DNA of 64,000 bases from an uncultured Pelagibacteraceae bacterium (GTDB lineage Bacteria; Pseudomonadota; Alphaproteobacteria; Pelagibacterales; AG-422-B15). Of the stretch, positions 1 through 11,068 are shown piece by piece; position 1 is the first letter of the stretch, and every line of letters starts with the position of its first letter. Where the stretch lies: positions 17,092 through 81,091 of the forward strand of contig CACNCV010000002.1 in assembly GCA_902619105.1 (NCBI GenBank), given 5' to 3'. The notes beneath the pieces were generated by a model. It was not told the origin of the DNA and made no database searches. It saw only the letters and a program-made list of their open reading frames with translations. A program made the translations under genes and the position numbers.

Positions 1-29
1 TACTTTTATTAAAAATTATAAAAAAACTT

Positions 30-488
30 ATGTTCGTAAATAAATTAGACTTTACAGAAATAAAAAGATTAATCCCTCATCGAGAACCATTTTTACTTAT
101 TGATGAGCTTATTAATATCGAAAAACTTAACAAAGCAACAGGCATAAAACAATTTACAATTAATGAGAAATTTTTTGATGGTCATTTTCCTGGCCATCCT
201 GTGGTTCCAGGAGTGATATTAATTGAAATGATGGCACAAACTGCAGCTGCATTGATTGCCTTCAGCTTAAGAGATGAAACATTTAATAAAATCGTATATT
301 TAATGAATGTAGAGAATTCTAAATTCAGAAAGCCTGTTTTTCCAAACGAAAAGATTATGGCTAGTGTAAAAGCACTCAGATCGAAAGGTAGGGTTTGGAG
401 ATTTGAAGGTGAATCATTTAACGAAAATGGAGATACAGTTTGTAGTTCTAAATGGAGCGCCATGATTATGGATAGAAATAATGAATAA
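30..488 (+). CDS. fabZ: 3-hydroxyacyl-ACP dehydratase
   Basis: LIPHREPFLLID and HFPGHPVVPGVILIEMMAQ motifs; directly upstream of lpxA. Confidence 0.96.
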   Translation: MFVNKLDFTEIKRLIPHREPFLLIDELINIEKLNKATGIKQFTINEKFFDGHFPGHPVVPGVILIEMMAQTAAALIAFSLRDETFNKIVYLMNVENSKFRKPVFPNEKIMASVKALRSKGRVWRFEGESFNENGDTVCSSKWSAMIMDRNNE

Positions 489-1260
489 AATTCATAAAAC
501 TGCAATAGTTTCTAGTAGTGCTATTATAGGAAGCAATGTGATTGTAGGACCGTACTCTATAATAGGAGACAATGTTAAAATAGGAAATGATAATATAATA
601 CATTCTTCAGTTAGTATAAGTGGAAATACTGATATTGACCAAAATAATCAGTTTTTCCCATTCTGCTCAATAGGATCAGTGCCGCAAGACTTAAAATATA
701 GTGGCGAAAAAAGTCAGCTTATAATTGGTAAAAATAATACCTTTAGAGAATACTGCAATGCAAATTTAGGAACTAAAGGAGACAATATGAAAACAATTAT
801 CGGTGATGATTCCTTGTTTATGGTTGGCGTACACATTGCTCATGATTGTATTATAGAAAACAATGTTATCTTTGCAAATCAAGTAACGCTTGGAGGTCAC
901 GTTTATGTCGAAAGTAATGCAGTAATTGGAGGTATTTCAGCAGTACATCAGTTTTGTAGGATTGGCAATTTAGCAATGATAGGCGGAATGTCAGCTGTTG
1001 AAAATGATGTAATACCTTATAGTCTCGCAGTTGGTAATCGAGCAAAAGTAACAGGTGTTAATATTGTTGGTCTAAGAAGAGCTAATTATTCAAAGGAGCA
1101 AATAAGAGAGTATTTAAGTACAATAGATAAGATTTTTACAGGTAATTCAATAGATATAGAAAAAAATAAATTTTCAAATACCAAAAGTCCATTGATCAAA
1201 AATTTAATTTCATTTTTAGACAAAGATAGCTCTAGGGGTTTATGTAAATATGATAGATAA
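481..1260 (+). CDS. lpxA: UDP-N-acetylglucosamine acyltransferase
   Basis: Hexapeptide repeats; PQDLKY, HIAHDC and VHQFCRIG motifs. Confidence 0.96.
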   Translation: MNKIHKTAIVSSSAIIGSNVIVGPYSIIGDNVKIGNDNIIHSSVSISGNTDIDQNNQFFPFCSIGSVPQDLKYSGEKSQLIIGKNNTFREYCNANLGTKGDNMKTIIGDDSLFMVGVHIAHDCIIENNVIFANQVTLGGHVYVESNAVIGGISAVHQFCRIGNLAMIGGMSAVENDVIPYSLAVGNRAKVTGVNIVGLRRANYSKEQIREYLSTIDKIFTGNSIDIEKNKFSNTKSPLIKNLISFLDKDSSRGLCKYDR

Positions 1261-2068
1261 TCGTCCTATCGCTATTATTGGCGGATACGACTCAATCGCT
1301 AAATCATTTTATACTAAAATAAAAGAAATAAACAAGAAATCTATATTTATAAACATTCAAAACAAAAAATCCAAAAATAATAGGGTTTATAATTTTGAAA
1401 TTTATCAATTAAAAAAAATATTTAATATTTTAAAAAAAAATGAAATCAATGATTTACTTTTTTTAGGAAAAATAAATCGACCAAATCTATCTAATTTTAA
1501 ACTTGATGGTGTAATTGATAAATACTTACCAAAACTGGCTCACTCTTATAAAAAAGGTGATGGAAATATATTATCACTTTGTTTAGATATATTTAAAGAA
1601 AATGGTTTTAAAATCTTATCGCCGAGGGATATTTCTGAATCATACTTTTTAATAAAATATGAATTAACTGATAAAATTTCTATAGAAGATAAGTATGATA
1701 TAAATAAATCACAAAATTTACTCAACGATCTTTCTAAATATGACAATGCTCAATCAATTGTAATTGTAAATGGATATATTATTGCCATTGAAGCCGTTGA
1801 AGGTACGGACAGTTTATTGAAGAGGGCAGCTGCTCTTCGAAAAAAGCTAAACCAAATCGATAACAAATCAGGATTACTAATAAAAATACCAAAAAAAAAT
1901 CAAAGCAGACTTGTAGACCTTCCTGTAGTCGGTCCAAATACATTAAAACTTATTAAAATGGCTAATTTAAATGGGATAGCTATTGATCATAAACTAACAA
2001 TTGTTCACAATAAAAAGAAGTTTTTACAATTTGCTAAAAATAACGATTTAAAAATTTATAGTATTTAA
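1250..2068 (+). CDS. lpxI: UDP-2,3-diacylglucosamine pyrophosphatase LpxI (DUF1009)
   Basis: IEAVEGTD and DLPVVGPNT motifs; canonical position after lpxA. Confidence 0.88.
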   Translation: MIDNRPIAIIGGYDSIAKSFYTKIKEINKKSIFINIQNKKSKNNRVYNFEIYQLKKIFNILKKNEINDLLFLGKINRPNLSNFKLDGVIDKYLPKLAHSYKKGDGNILSLCLDIFKENGFKILSPRDISESYFLIKYELTDKISIEDKYDINKSQNLLNDLSKYDNAQSIVIVNGYIIAIEAVEGTDSLLKRAAALRKKLNQIDNKSGLLIKIPKKNQSRLVDLPVVGPNTLKLIKMANLNGIAIDHKLTIVHNKKKFLQFAKNNDLKIYSI

Positions 2069-2072
2069 AAAA

Positions 2073-3395
2073 TTACCTGGTATTTTTTTTCGATCTTTTA
2101 ACACCATATTTTTGAAATTTATTCCCTGTATAAAGTTGTCTTGGTCTTCCTATTTTTTGAATTGGATCCTCAATCATCTCAGTCCATTGAGCAGTCCACC
2201 CTGCAGTACGAGAAATAGCAAAGATGACTGTAAACATTTCTGGTGGAAATCCAATTGCCCTAAGAATAATGCCAGAGTAAAAATCTACATTTGGATATAA
2301 TTTTTTCTTTATAAAATATTCATCTTTTAGGGCAATTTTTTCTAAATCTTTTGCAAGATTAAGAATAGGATCATTTTTGATTCCAACATGTTTTAATACT
2401 TTATCACATATTTTTTTTAAAATCTTAGCTCTTGGGTCGTAGTTTTTGTATACTCTGTGACCAAAACCCATCAACTTAAAAGGGTCTTTTTTGTTTTTTG
2501 CTTTGTTTATATAATTTTTTATATTTTTAGATGATCCAATTGTTTCAAGCATTTCCAATGCGGCTTGGTTAGCCCCTCCATGAGCTGGCCCCCACAGTGA
2601 CGATACTCCTGCTGCTATACATGCAAATGGATTGGCTCCAGAGGATCCCGCCAGACGAACAGTTGAAGTTGAGGCATTTTGTTCATGATCAGCATGTAAT
2701 ATTAGAATTGTGTCCATAGCTTTAGCAAGGATAGGGGAAATTTTATATTCTTCTGCCGTATTGCTAAAACACATATGTAAAAAATTTTCCGAAAAAGATA
2801 AGTTATTTTTTGGTGAAACAAATGCTTGTCCTATTGAGTATTTATAGGCCATTGCACCAATAGTTGATGATTTAGCGATTATTCTTCTAGTTGCTTCTTG
2901 TCTTTGATGTCGATCATTTATGTCTAAAGAATCTTGATAAAAGGAAGATAAAGCACCCATAACGCCTACCATCATTGCCATTGGATGCGCATCGCGTCTG
3001 AATCCTTGAAAAAAATTTATAATTTGTTCATGTAAAAGTGTATGTCGAGTTATAAGTTTTTTGTATTTTTTTAATTGTTCCTTATTAGGTAAATCACCAT
3101 AAATTAATAAATTTACAACCTCTATAAAGTCACTCTTGTTAGCTAATTCTTCTATATCATATCCACGATATCTTAAAATTCCCTTATCTCCATCAATGTA
3201 TGTAATTTTTGACTCACACGACGCCGTTGAAGTAAATCCTGGATCATAAGTGAATATTTTTGCTTGTGAGTGCAGTTTAGAAATATCTATAACAGACTCG
3301 CCTTCAGTAGAATTATATATTGGTAATTTGTAAGTATTGTTATTAATAGTAAGCTTTGCTGTTTTTATTTTAGAATTACTTTTATTTCTAGGCAT
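2073..3395 (-). CDS. gltA: Citrate synthase (type II)
   Basis: [25 protein letters not shown] and PNVDFYSG motifs. Confidence 0.97.
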   Translation of the reverse strand: MPRNKSNSKIKTAKLTINNNTYKLPIYNSTEGESVIDISKLHSQAKIFTYDPGFTSTASCESKITYIDGDKGILRYRGYDIEELANKSDFIEVVNLLIYGDLPNKEQLKKYKKLITRHTLLHEQIINFFQGFRRDAHPMAMMVGVMGALSSFYQDSLDINDRHQRQEATRRIIAKSSTIGAMAYKYSIGQAFVSPKNNLSFSENFLHMCFSNTAEEYKISPILAKAMDTILILHADHEQNASTSTVRLAGSSGANPFACIAAGVSSLWGPAHGGANQAALEMLETIGSSKNIKNYINKAKNKKDPFKLMGFGHRVYKNYDPRAKILKKICDKVLKHVGIKNDPILNLAKDLEKIALKDEYFIKKKLYPNVDFYSGIILRAIGFPPEMFTVIFAISRTAGWTAQWTEMIEDPIQKIGRPRQLYTGNKFQKYGVKRSKKNTR

Positions 3396-3442
3396 TCACG
3401 TATTAATTAAACTATTTGTCAAATTATTAAAGAAAAATATGA

Positions 3443-4120
3443 TTAATATTTTCTCAGAAGACCTATTAATTTACCCTGAATTTTGACACGTTGAGCAGAT
3501 AAGATTCGTGTTTCATAAATAGGGTTAGCGCTTTCAAGTGCAATGCTTTGACCTTTTTTTCTAATTCTTTTTAATGTTGCTTCATTGTCATCAATTAAGG
3601 CAACGACAATTTCACCATTATCGGCTATATTAGTTTTTTTAATTAAAACAGTATCCCCATTGTGAATGCCTTCGTTTATCATTGAGTCACCCTCAACTGT
3701 TAATGCATAACTTTCACCAATTGGCATCATTTCTTTTGGAACATCAACAGATGTATCATTTTGTTGAATTGCTTCAATTGGAGTACCTGCAGCGATTTTA
3801 CCTAGGAGCGGAAGAGTGCTTAATTTATGACTATCCTCATTTGCATTACTCATGAAATTACCAACAACAAGGTTATTTTTATTTTTTTCAGAAACCTTTA
3901 TGTTTGATATGCCATCTTTAATTACTTCAAGTGCCCTTGCTTTATGAGCTAATCTTTTTACAAATCCTCGTTCTTCAAGCGCTAAAATCAATCTGTGTAT
4001 TCCTGATTTTGATTTTAAATTAAGAGCAGACTTCATCTCTTCGTAAGAAGGGGTAACGCCATTTTTACTCTGGAATTTCTGTATATAATTTAATAGTTCT
4101 TTTTGCTTTTTTGTTAACAT
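3443..4120 (-). CDS. lexA: SOS repressor LexA
   Basis: MLTKKQ start (ATG at 4120 preferred over the ORF-track 4150); winged HTH, AAG cleavage site, GDSM Ser and ATLKR Lys. Confidence 0.96.
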   Translation of the reverse strand: MLTKKQKELLNYIQKFQSKNGVTPSYEEMKSALNLKSKSGIHRLILALEERGFVKRLAHKARALEVIKDGISNIKVSEKNKNNLVVGNFMSNANEDSHKLSTLPLLGKIAAGTPIEAIQQNDTSVDVPKEMMPIGESYALTVEGDSMINEGIHNGDTVLIKKTNIADNGEIVVALIDDNEATLKRIRKKGQSIALESANPIYETRILSAQRVKIQGKLIGLLRKY

Positions 4121-4140
4121 TGATTCGATCCTATAATAAT

Positions 4141-4166
4141 GTTCTATCAATGTTCTCTTATAGTTT
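4141..4166. promoter_or_regulatory. Alphaproteobacterial LexA (SOS) box GTTC-N7-GTTC with a third in-phase GTTT half-site
   Basis: gttc tatcaat gttc tcttata gttt, starting 21 nt upstream of the lexA ATG. Confidence 0.85.
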
Positions 4167-4218
4167 CAATAAAAAAAAATTAAATATTTTCAATGGTTAA
4201 TTGAGATTATGTAATTTT

Positions 4219-5007
4219 TTAATTTAATAATTCTGCAATACGGTTTGGCAAATTATCTGATTTCATTAAAAATTCACCAATTAAATAGTTGCTTATACCC
4301 GTGGTTGCATGAATTTTTGATATGTCGCTTTTACTATGAAAGCCACTTTCAGAGATGACGAGTTTGTCACAATTATCTAAATGTTGGGACAAATTTATTG
4401 AGGTATCTAGGTTAGTCACAAAATTATTTAGGTTTCGATTATTTATACCTATCATATTTGAATTCATAGTTTTTGCTCTTTGCAGTTCATCATAATCGTG
4501 TACTTCAATAATGCTATCCATCTTAAGTTCACTTGCTATGTCAGCAAATCTATCTGCATCATCTTGACTTAACATTGATAATATGATCAGGATACAATCA
4601 GCCCCAATTAATTTGCTTTCATATATTTGGTAATCGTCAACTATAAAATCTTTTCTTAGTATAGGTAGTTGCACTTCTTTTCTAATTTCAATTAAATCAT
4701 CAATTTTTCCATTAAAATATTTTTCGTCTGTCAAAACTGAGATGCACGAAATATTATTGTCTTCATACGCCTTTGCAAAATCGATTAAATTTATATTCTC
4801 TTTAGTAAATTTACCTAAAGAGGGACTGGCTTTTTTTATTTCTCCTATAATAGATATTTGACTCTTTTGATGATTTAATTTTTCAAAGAAAGGAAAGTTA
4901 ATATTGTTTATATTCAATTTACTTTCAATTTTAGATTGAGGAGTTATTTCTTTTTGATTTGAAACAAAATCAATTTTGTACTCATATATTTCTTTTAATA
5001 TTGACAT
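4219..5007 (-). CDS. trpC: Indole-3-glycerol phosphate synthase
   Basis: EIKKASPS, LRKDF, GINNRNL and SESG motifs. Confidence 0.96.
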   Translation of the reverse strand: MSILKEIYEYKIDFVSNQKEITPQSKIESKLNINNINFPFFEKLNHQKSQISIIGEIKKASPSLGKFTKENINLIDFAKAYEDNNISCISVLTDEKYFNGKIDDLIEIRKEVQLPILRKDFIVDDYQIYESKLIGADCILIILSMLSQDDADRFADIASELKMDSIIEVHDYDELQRAKTMNSNMIGINNRNLNNFVTNLDTSINLSQHLDNCDKLVISESGFHSKSDISKIHATTGISNYLIGEFLMKSDNLPNRIAELLN

Positions 5008-6020
5008 TATAAATTTGTAAATTCAGATAACTGTTCAATAATTCTCAAAGGTTCTCCACTTCCAATAATCAATTGAACTTCTTTATAAGCTTTTATAATA
5101 TTTTTTTCATTGAAATCTTCAGATTGATTTAAAAGAATACCGAATGTAGCATTTGCACAAACAGTATTATAAAAAGTATCTTTTTTACCTTTAAATATTT
5201 CAATTATACGATCAGCGTTAAATATTGCGTCACTTCCTTTAATTTCATCATCTATCATTTTTGGACAATCAAGCATTTCGGGATCAAACCGCATAATTCC
5301 ATTCTTATTTGTGAAAATTAAATTAATACCACTGAGAGATATTTCATCGTTCCCATCATGGCCAGCAATTAAGCAAATATTTTTATCTTCTTTTTCAAAA
5401 ACGTCCTTATAAATATCAAAAACTTCTTTAGAATAAACGCCAACTATTTGATTTCTAACATTTGCAGGATTTAACAAAGGACCCAAAATATTAAATATGG
5501 TACGGAGCCCAAGTAATTGTCTCACTTGAGCAACGTGTTTCATGGCAGGATGATGATTTGGGGCAAACATAAAACATATTCCTATATTTCTGAGACAATC
5601 TTCTAATTTAGAAGTTTCCATATCGACATTTATGTTTAATGCTTTTAAAACATCAGCTGAACCACATTTTGATGTTAGTGCTCGATTTCCATGTTTAGCT
5701 ATTGGTATACCAGAGGCCGCCAAAACAAAAGCTGTTGCAGTTGAAATATTTAAGCTATTTTTTCCATCACCCCCTGTACCGCATGTGTCCATTGTATTTA
5801 AAGGTGCATTGATTGAGAGCATTTTTTTTCTCATTACTTCTAAAGCAGCAATTACATGATGTGATTTAACTCCTGACTTTTGGAGCAATGAAATAAATGA
5901 GCTTATTTGTATCTCACTTATTTCACCATTCATGATTTGCATAAAGGCTTCTTTAGTGGATTTTAAATCTAAATTATCTTCGTAAGCTAATTGAATGAAT
6001 TCTTTGAAATCAACAGTCAT
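5007..6020 (-). CDS. trpD: Anthranilate phosphoribosyltransferase
   Basis: DTCGTGGDG and KHGNR motifs; start at 6020 gives an ATGA overlap with the trpG stop. Confidence 0.95.
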   Translation of the reverse strand: MTVDFKEFIQLAYEDNLDLKSTKEAFMQIMNGEISEIQISSFISLLQKSGVKSHHVIAALEVMRKKMLSINAPLNTMDTCGTGGDGKNSLNISTATAFVLAASGIPIAKHGNRALTSKCGSADVLKALNINVDMETSKLEDCLRNIGICFMFAPNHHPAMKHVAQVRQLLGLRTIFNILGPLLNPANVRNQIVGVYSKEVFDIYKDVFEKEDKNICLIAGHDGNDEISLSGINLIFTNKNGIMRFDPEMLDCPKMIDDEIKGSDAIFNADRIIEIFKGKKDTFYNTVCANATFGILLNQSEDFNEKNIIKAYKEVQLIIGSGEPLRIIEQLSEFTNL

Positions 6021-6592
6021 AAATTTAAAAAATTCTTCATTATTTTTTTGCCAAATGGTACTGAGGCTATACTTTCTGGATGAAATTGAACTCCATAGCA
6101 AGGGTAATTTTCATGTTCAATTCCCATTATTACATTTTTTTTATTGTCAATAGTCTCAGAAATTACTCTAAAATCTTTAGGCAGTGTTCCATTTTTAATT
6201 ACTAAACTATGATATCTAGTTGCTTCAAATGATGTTGGGAGTCCTTTGAATATTTTTGAACCAAGGTTTGAAACTTTTGAAGTTTTACCGTGCATAATTT
6301 TACTTGCTTTAATTATCTTTGCACCGAATGCTTGTCCAATGGACTGATGCCCCAAACATACACCAAGTATGGGCATTTTATCATAAAATTTTTTAACAAG
6401 ATCTAAACAAATACCTGCTTCATTAGGAGTGCAAGGACCAGGTGATATTATAATTTTTTTGGGATTAAGTTTTGCTATTTTTTTTAATGATATTTTATCA
6501 TTTCTATATACTTGAACGTTATGTCCTAGTTCTTCAACGTAGTGTACTAAATTATAAGTAAAACTATCATAATTATCTATTAGCAATATCAT
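6017..6592 (-). CDS. trpG: Anthranilate synthase component II (glutamine amidotransferase)
   Basis: IDNYDSFTYNL, SPGP, GVCLGHQ and QFHPES motifs. Confidence 0.95.
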   Translation of the reverse strand: MILLIDNYDSFTYNLVHYVEELGHNVQVYRNDKISLKKIAKLNPKKIIISPGPCTPNEAGICLDLVKKFYDKMPILGVCLGHQSIGQAFGAKIIKASKIMHGKTSKVSNLGSKIFKGLPTSFEATRYHSLVIKNGTLPKDFRVISETIDNKKNVIMGIEHENYPCYGVQFHPESIASVPFGKKIMKNFLNL

Positions 6593-8061
6593 AGGTTATT
6601 TCCAAGTACGATTTCAGCAGCATTTAATACTGCTTTAGCTTTATTTACAGTCTCCATATATTCGAGTTCTGGATCACTATCATAAACTACACCGCCTCCA
6701 GCCTGAACATATAATTTATTTTTAGTAATTATCCCTGTTCTTAAAACGATGCAAGTATCCATATCTCCATCAGGAGAGATATAACCAATTCCACCCGCGT
6801 AAATACCGCGGACATCAGTCTCTAATTCATCTATAATTTGCATTGCTCTTATTTTTGGTGCACCCGATACTGTTCCAGCTGGAAATCCTGCCATTAATGC
6901 TTCAATTGTACTGATATTTTTTTTAAGTTTTCCAGTTACATTAGAAACCAAGTGCATTACATGAGAATATTTTTCAATTATAAATTTGGCGGTTACGCTT
7001 ACAGTTGATTTTTTTGCTACTTTACCGACATCATTTCGACCAAGATCTAACAACATTAAGTGTTCCGATGTTTCTTTTTCATCTGAAAGTAAGTCCAATT
7101 CGTACTTTCGGTCCTGTTTTAAGTTTTTGCCTCTTGGCCTTGTGCCTGCGATAGGTCGCAAAGTTATTAAATCAGATCTAAGTCTGACTAGAATCTCTGG
7201 ACTTGAGCCAACAATTTGAAAATTAGGCAAATTAAAGTAGTACATAAAAGGTGAGGGGTTAGTCAATCTCAGTACTTTGTAGAGCGAGCTGCCTTTACTT
7301 TTAAAATTAGTTTCAAATCTTTGACTTGGAACTACCTGAAATATGTCGCCAGCTTTAATATATTTTTTTGCTTTTTTAATATTATTAATGAATTTTGACT
7401 TAGTTATATTTGATTTAATTTTAAGCTTTTTCTTTTTATTGAGATTAATTGTATGATTGTTTACTTTTTTATAAAGGTTATTTTCTATATCATTTAATTC
7501 GTTAAGAACTTGTTCATATTCCTGAGCTTTTTTTACACCAGATAAGAAATGCTTTAATATATATAATGAATTAGAAACATTATCATATACAATTAATATC
7601 TGAGGAATAAAAAGTATAAGTTCAGGAGACATTAAAGTGTTCTTTTTTTTGAACTTAGATATCTCCTCGATATTATAAATATTTTCATATGATATATAAC
7701 CAAAAAAAGCACCTGCCATAGGCGGCAGTATTTTGTCCTTTAAAAATTTATATTTACTTATTGTTTTATCGATTTTTAAAAATGCATTTTTATTTGTCGA
7801 AGAAAGTTTTTTTTCTTTAGCTTTTTTTCTATTGTTTATTTGAATTGTTTTAATTGTATTGTAACCACATATTGAATATCTTCCCTTTTCCTTGCCTTTT
7901 TCAACAGATTCATAGAGGAAGCTGAAATTATTGTTTTCTACAATATTAATAAACTCAGGAATAGGATCAGATTTAAATTTTTTTATTTTTTTGAAAAATA
8001 TAAAATTATTTTTATTTTTAAAGGATGTTAAATATTGATTTTTAGTATGAGAAAAATTCAT
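6589..8061 (-). CDS. trpE: Anthranilate synthase component I
   Basis: GDIFQVV, NPSPFM, SSPEILV, PIAGTRPRG, EHLMLLDLGRND and GTVSGAPK motifs. Confidence 0.95.
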   Translation of the reverse strand: MNFSHTKNQYLTSFKNKNNFIFFKKIKKFKSDPIPEFINIVENNNFSFLYESVEKGKEKGRYSICGYNTIKTIQINNRKKAKEKKLSSTNKNAFLKIDKTISKYKFLKDKILPPMAGAFFGYISYENIYNIEEISKFKKKNTLMSPELILFIPQILIVYDNVSNSLYILKHFLSGVKKAQEYEQVLNELNDIENNLYKKVNNHTINLNKKKKLKIKSNITKSKFINNIKKAKKYIKAGDIFQVVPSQRFETNFKSKGSSLYKVLRLTNPSPFMYYFNLPNFQIVGSSPEILVRLRSDLITLRPIAGTRPRGKNLKQDRKYELDLLSDEKETSEHLMLLDLGRNDVGKVAKKSTVSVTAKFIIEKYSHVMHLVSNVTGKLKKNISTIEALMAGFPAGTVSGAPKIRAMQIIDELETDVRGIYAGGIGYISPDGDMDTCIVLRTGIITKNKLYVQAGGGVVYDSDPELEYMETVNKAKAVLNAAEIVLGNNL

Positions 8062-9905
8062 TACATGAACAGTTTATCTATATTTTGATCATAAATTTCA
8101 TAAGATGAATTTTGAATAATTTCTGATGCAATTATATTAACTAGTGATGAATTAAAATTATTATTTATATTTATTTTAACAGAATTATAAAAATCATCAG
8201 AAATTTGATTTCCTGGCATAGTAATTTCAGTAACAACACCAATTCCAATTCCTCCATCAGAGGTTAGAATTTTAAATGGTTGATCAAGTTTATTATTAAA
8301 TGCATTGACAACTGTTTCATTCTGAAAGTCTGAGTTTGTACGATTTATCTTCTCAAGTTTTAGCAAATTAAAATCATTATTAAGCACATATTCAGAAAAA
8401 GAGACTTCTTTTTGTATCTTAATTGAATTTAATATGTCATCAGAAAGTTTATCTAGTTTTTTATCTTTTTGTTCGGCTACATAGTCAATTATAACTTTTT
8501 CTCTAATTTTTTCTAAATCAGGTACGTAAGGTTTTTGTTTTTCTTTGAGTGTATAAATATAGGCGATATTTTCTTTTATTATTATTTCTGAAATAAATCC
8601 GACCGGAGTATTTTTATCCAAAAATGAATTTTCTTCCCCTAATTTTAGTACAAATTGTTCAAAATCAACATTTTCAGATACTTTTATGTTCACGCTATTA
8701 TCAACTATCTCATCAAACGTATAATCATTAATTAGCAATTCATCTAAAATATTAATGGCCTCATCAAATTCTAGATATGCAGCCTCTAAAGCTAGGTATT
8801 CTAGAATTTCATTTTTAACAGTTTCAAAATCTATCACTTTTTCATCATTTACTTCGTTTACCTTAAATAAATAAAACCCTAAATCATCATAGCTAATGGG
8901 TTCGCTCAAGGTATTAACATCTAATTTAAAAATAAACTCTGAAATATTTTTTGAGAAAGTACCACCAGTAAATTTATCTATATTTGAAAGCTTAAAATCA
9001 TTTATTTTAATGTACTCATTAAAATCATTAATATTTTTATCTACAACTGCATCGTAAAAATCATAAGCTTCTGATTCATTACTAAATCTTATAAATTGAA
9101 TATTTCTGCTTTCTTTCTCAGTATATTGATCAATATTGTTGTTGTAGTATTCCTGAGCTTCAATGGTATTAATATTCTCTTCTCTTTTAAAGTCATTAAT
9201 GTTTACTTCAATAAAGTCTATAATAGTTTTCTCAGGAATTAGATAATTCGATTTATTATCCAAATAGTAATCATTGATTAAATTATTGTTTGTATCAATT
9301 TTAACTTCATTTTTATTCAATAAAAAATAACTAATTGTTCTTTTTTCACCTTCATAGTCATATAGTTTATTAATAATTGCATCATTTATGTAATTATCAG
9401 CATTAAAACTTTCAAAAATAATACCTTGAAAAATACTGTTTTCTATTTCACTCAGAAAAGCTTCTTCAGATTGAAAATTATTTAAAATAAAATTTTTGTA
9501 CTTAATACTAGAAAATATTTCATTGCTGTCTTTGAATTCATCTAAATTAGATATCACTGATTTTAAAGACTCTTCATTTAAATATATGCCTCTTTTTTTA
9601 GCATAATCATTAACCATTCTAGAATAAATGAGATCTTGTAGCAGTAGATTGTGAAATTTCAGCTCATAAGCTTCTTTGAGGCTTAAATTTGAATTGGTAT
9701 TTTGATTATAGTCTCTTACAGTTTGTTGAAACTTTATATAAAATTCATCAAGAGATATTTTTTCATTGCCTACTTTTGCAGCAAGTTGACTGTTGCCAGA
9801 AGAAAGTATGTCTCCAACGCCCCACAGAGCAAAACTTAAAACCATTATAGCAAGAAGTATTTTGCCAAAAATCGATGAAACTAAATTTCTTATTATGTCT
9901 AACAT
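8061..9905 (-). CDS. ppiD: PpiD/SurA N-terminal domain periplasmic chaperone
   Basis: N-terminal TM with SFALWG; about 614 aa; typical position upstream of trpE. Confidence 0.8.
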   Translation of the reverse strand: MLDIIRNLVSSIFGKILLAIMVLSFALWGVGDILSSGNSQLAAKVGNEKISLDEFYIKFQQTVRDYNQNTNSNLSLKEAYELKFHNLLLQDLIYSRMVNDYAKKRGIYLNEESLKSVISNLDEFKDSNEIFSSIKYKNFILNNFQSEEAFLSEIENSIFQGIIFESFNADNYINDAIINKLYDYEGEKRTISYFLLNKNEVKIDTNNNLINDYYLDNKSNYLIPEKTIIDFIEVNINDFKREENINTIEAQEYYNNNIDQYTEKESRNIQFIRFSNESEAYDFYDAVVDKNINDFNEYIKINDFKLSNIDKFTGGTFSKNISEFIFKLDVNTLSEPISYDDLGFYLFKVNEVNDEKVIDFETVKNEILEYLALEAAYLEFDEAINILDELLINDYTFDEIVDNSVNIKVSENVDFEQFVLKLGEENSFLDKNTPVGFISEIIIKENIAYIYTLKEKQKPYVPDLEKIREKVIIDYVAEQKDKKLDKLSDDILNSIKIQKEVSFSEYVLNNDFNLLKLEKINRTNSDFQNETVVNAFNNKLDQPFKILTSDGGIGIGVVTEITMPGNQISDDFYNSVKININNNFNSSLVNIIASEIIQNSSYEIYDQNIDKLFM

Positions 9906-9954
9906 TTTTTTCTATGATGGTATAAATTAGAGTTTATAAAAGGAATAATCACGA

Positions 9955-10695
9955 ATGAAAAGGGTTAAATATACTATCGCTAATTGGAAGATGAATGGCT
10001 TAAATGGAGCTGTAAAGGTAGTTAATTCCATTGACAGGCATATTAAAAAAACGAGACATAAAAAATCTAAAGTTGTCATTTGCCCCCCCTTCACATTGTT
10101 GACTAATTTCATTAACGCAAAAACTGGAATTGATTTTGGGGGCCAAGACTGCCATCACTTAAATGAAGGTGCATTTACTGGATGTATCAGTGCTCAAATG
10201 CTTAAATCTTCAGGGTGCAAATACGTCATATTAGGCCATTCCGAACGAAGGGAGTATCAAAAAGAAACATCAAAAGAACTTAATTTGAAAATTGATATTG
10301 CAAACAAGTATAATTTAAAAATTATTTACTGCATAGGCGAGAAGTTAAGTGAAATAAAGATTAGAAAAAAAATTCTAAACAGTCAGCTTAACTCACTTCC
10401 AAAAAATATAAATATAAAAAATCTTATTATTGCTTACGAACCTGTCTGGGCCATCGGGACAGGTAAAACCCCAACAATTGGTGAAATCAATAGTATACAT
10501 TTGGATATTAGAAATTTACTCTCAAAAAAAATTGGTAAATCTAAAAGTCAAAATATCTCAATATTATATGGAGGGTCAGTCAATCCTTCCAATGCCAGTG
10601 ATATTTTAAATTTAGATCAAGTAGACGGGGCTTTAGTGGGTGGCGCATCTTTAAAATCAAAAGATTTTAGTAAAATAATTGATTCTTACTCATAA
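9955..10695 (+). CDS. tpiA: Triosephosphate isomerase
   Basis: NWKMN, GHSERR, YEPVWAIGTG, YGGSV and LVGGASL motifs. Confidence 0.97.
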   Translation: MKRVKYTIANWKMNGLNGAVKVVNSIDRHIKKTRHKKSKVVICPPFTLLTNFINAKTGIDFGGQDCHHLNEGAFTGCISAQMLKSSGCKYVILGHSERREYQKETSKELNLKIDIANKYNLKIIYCIGEKLSEIKIRKKILNSQLNSLPKNINIKNLIIAYEPVWAIGTGKTPTIGEINSIHLDIRNLLSKKIGKSKSQNISILYGGSVNPSNASDILNLDQVDGALVGGASLKSKDFSKIIDSYS

Positions 10696-10715
10696 TTAGA
10701 TATATAACTCACTTT

Positions 10716-11027
10716 ATGGAAACAACTTTATTAATAATCCACACTTTACTTGCAGTTGTATTAATTATTGTTGTACTCGTTCAAAGAGCAGAGGGCGGTG
10801 CGCTTGGCATAGGGGGCGGTAGTGACGGCATGTCTCCTCGAGGAAGTGCTGACATATTAACAAGAACAACCGCAATTGTTGCTGTATTATTTGTTATTAC
10901 AAGTATAAGCCTAACTGTTTTAAGTTTAAAATCGTCGGATAGAACTCTTAATTTTGAAGATACAGGCACAGAGGAATTGAATGAAGGGTCAATAGAAGAT
11001 TTACCTGAATTACCACAACTAGATTAA
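10716..11027 (+). CDS. secG: Preprotein translocase subunit SecG
   Basis: Two TM helices around VLVQRAEGGALG; tpiA-secG-pyrG synteny. Confidence 0.93.
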   Translation: METTLLIIHTLLAVVLIIVVLVQRAEGGALGIGGGSDGMSPRGSADILTRTTAIVAVLFVITSISLTVLSLKSSDRTLNFEDTGTEELNEGSIEDLPELPQLD

Positions 11028-11068
11028 TACTTTGATTTAATTAAGACTCTGTAGTATAAAATACTTCC

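Noticed and set aside
8062-8200. Trp attenuator or leader upstream of trpE
   Set aside because: ppiD overlaps the trpE start; no leader peptide or hairpins were seen.
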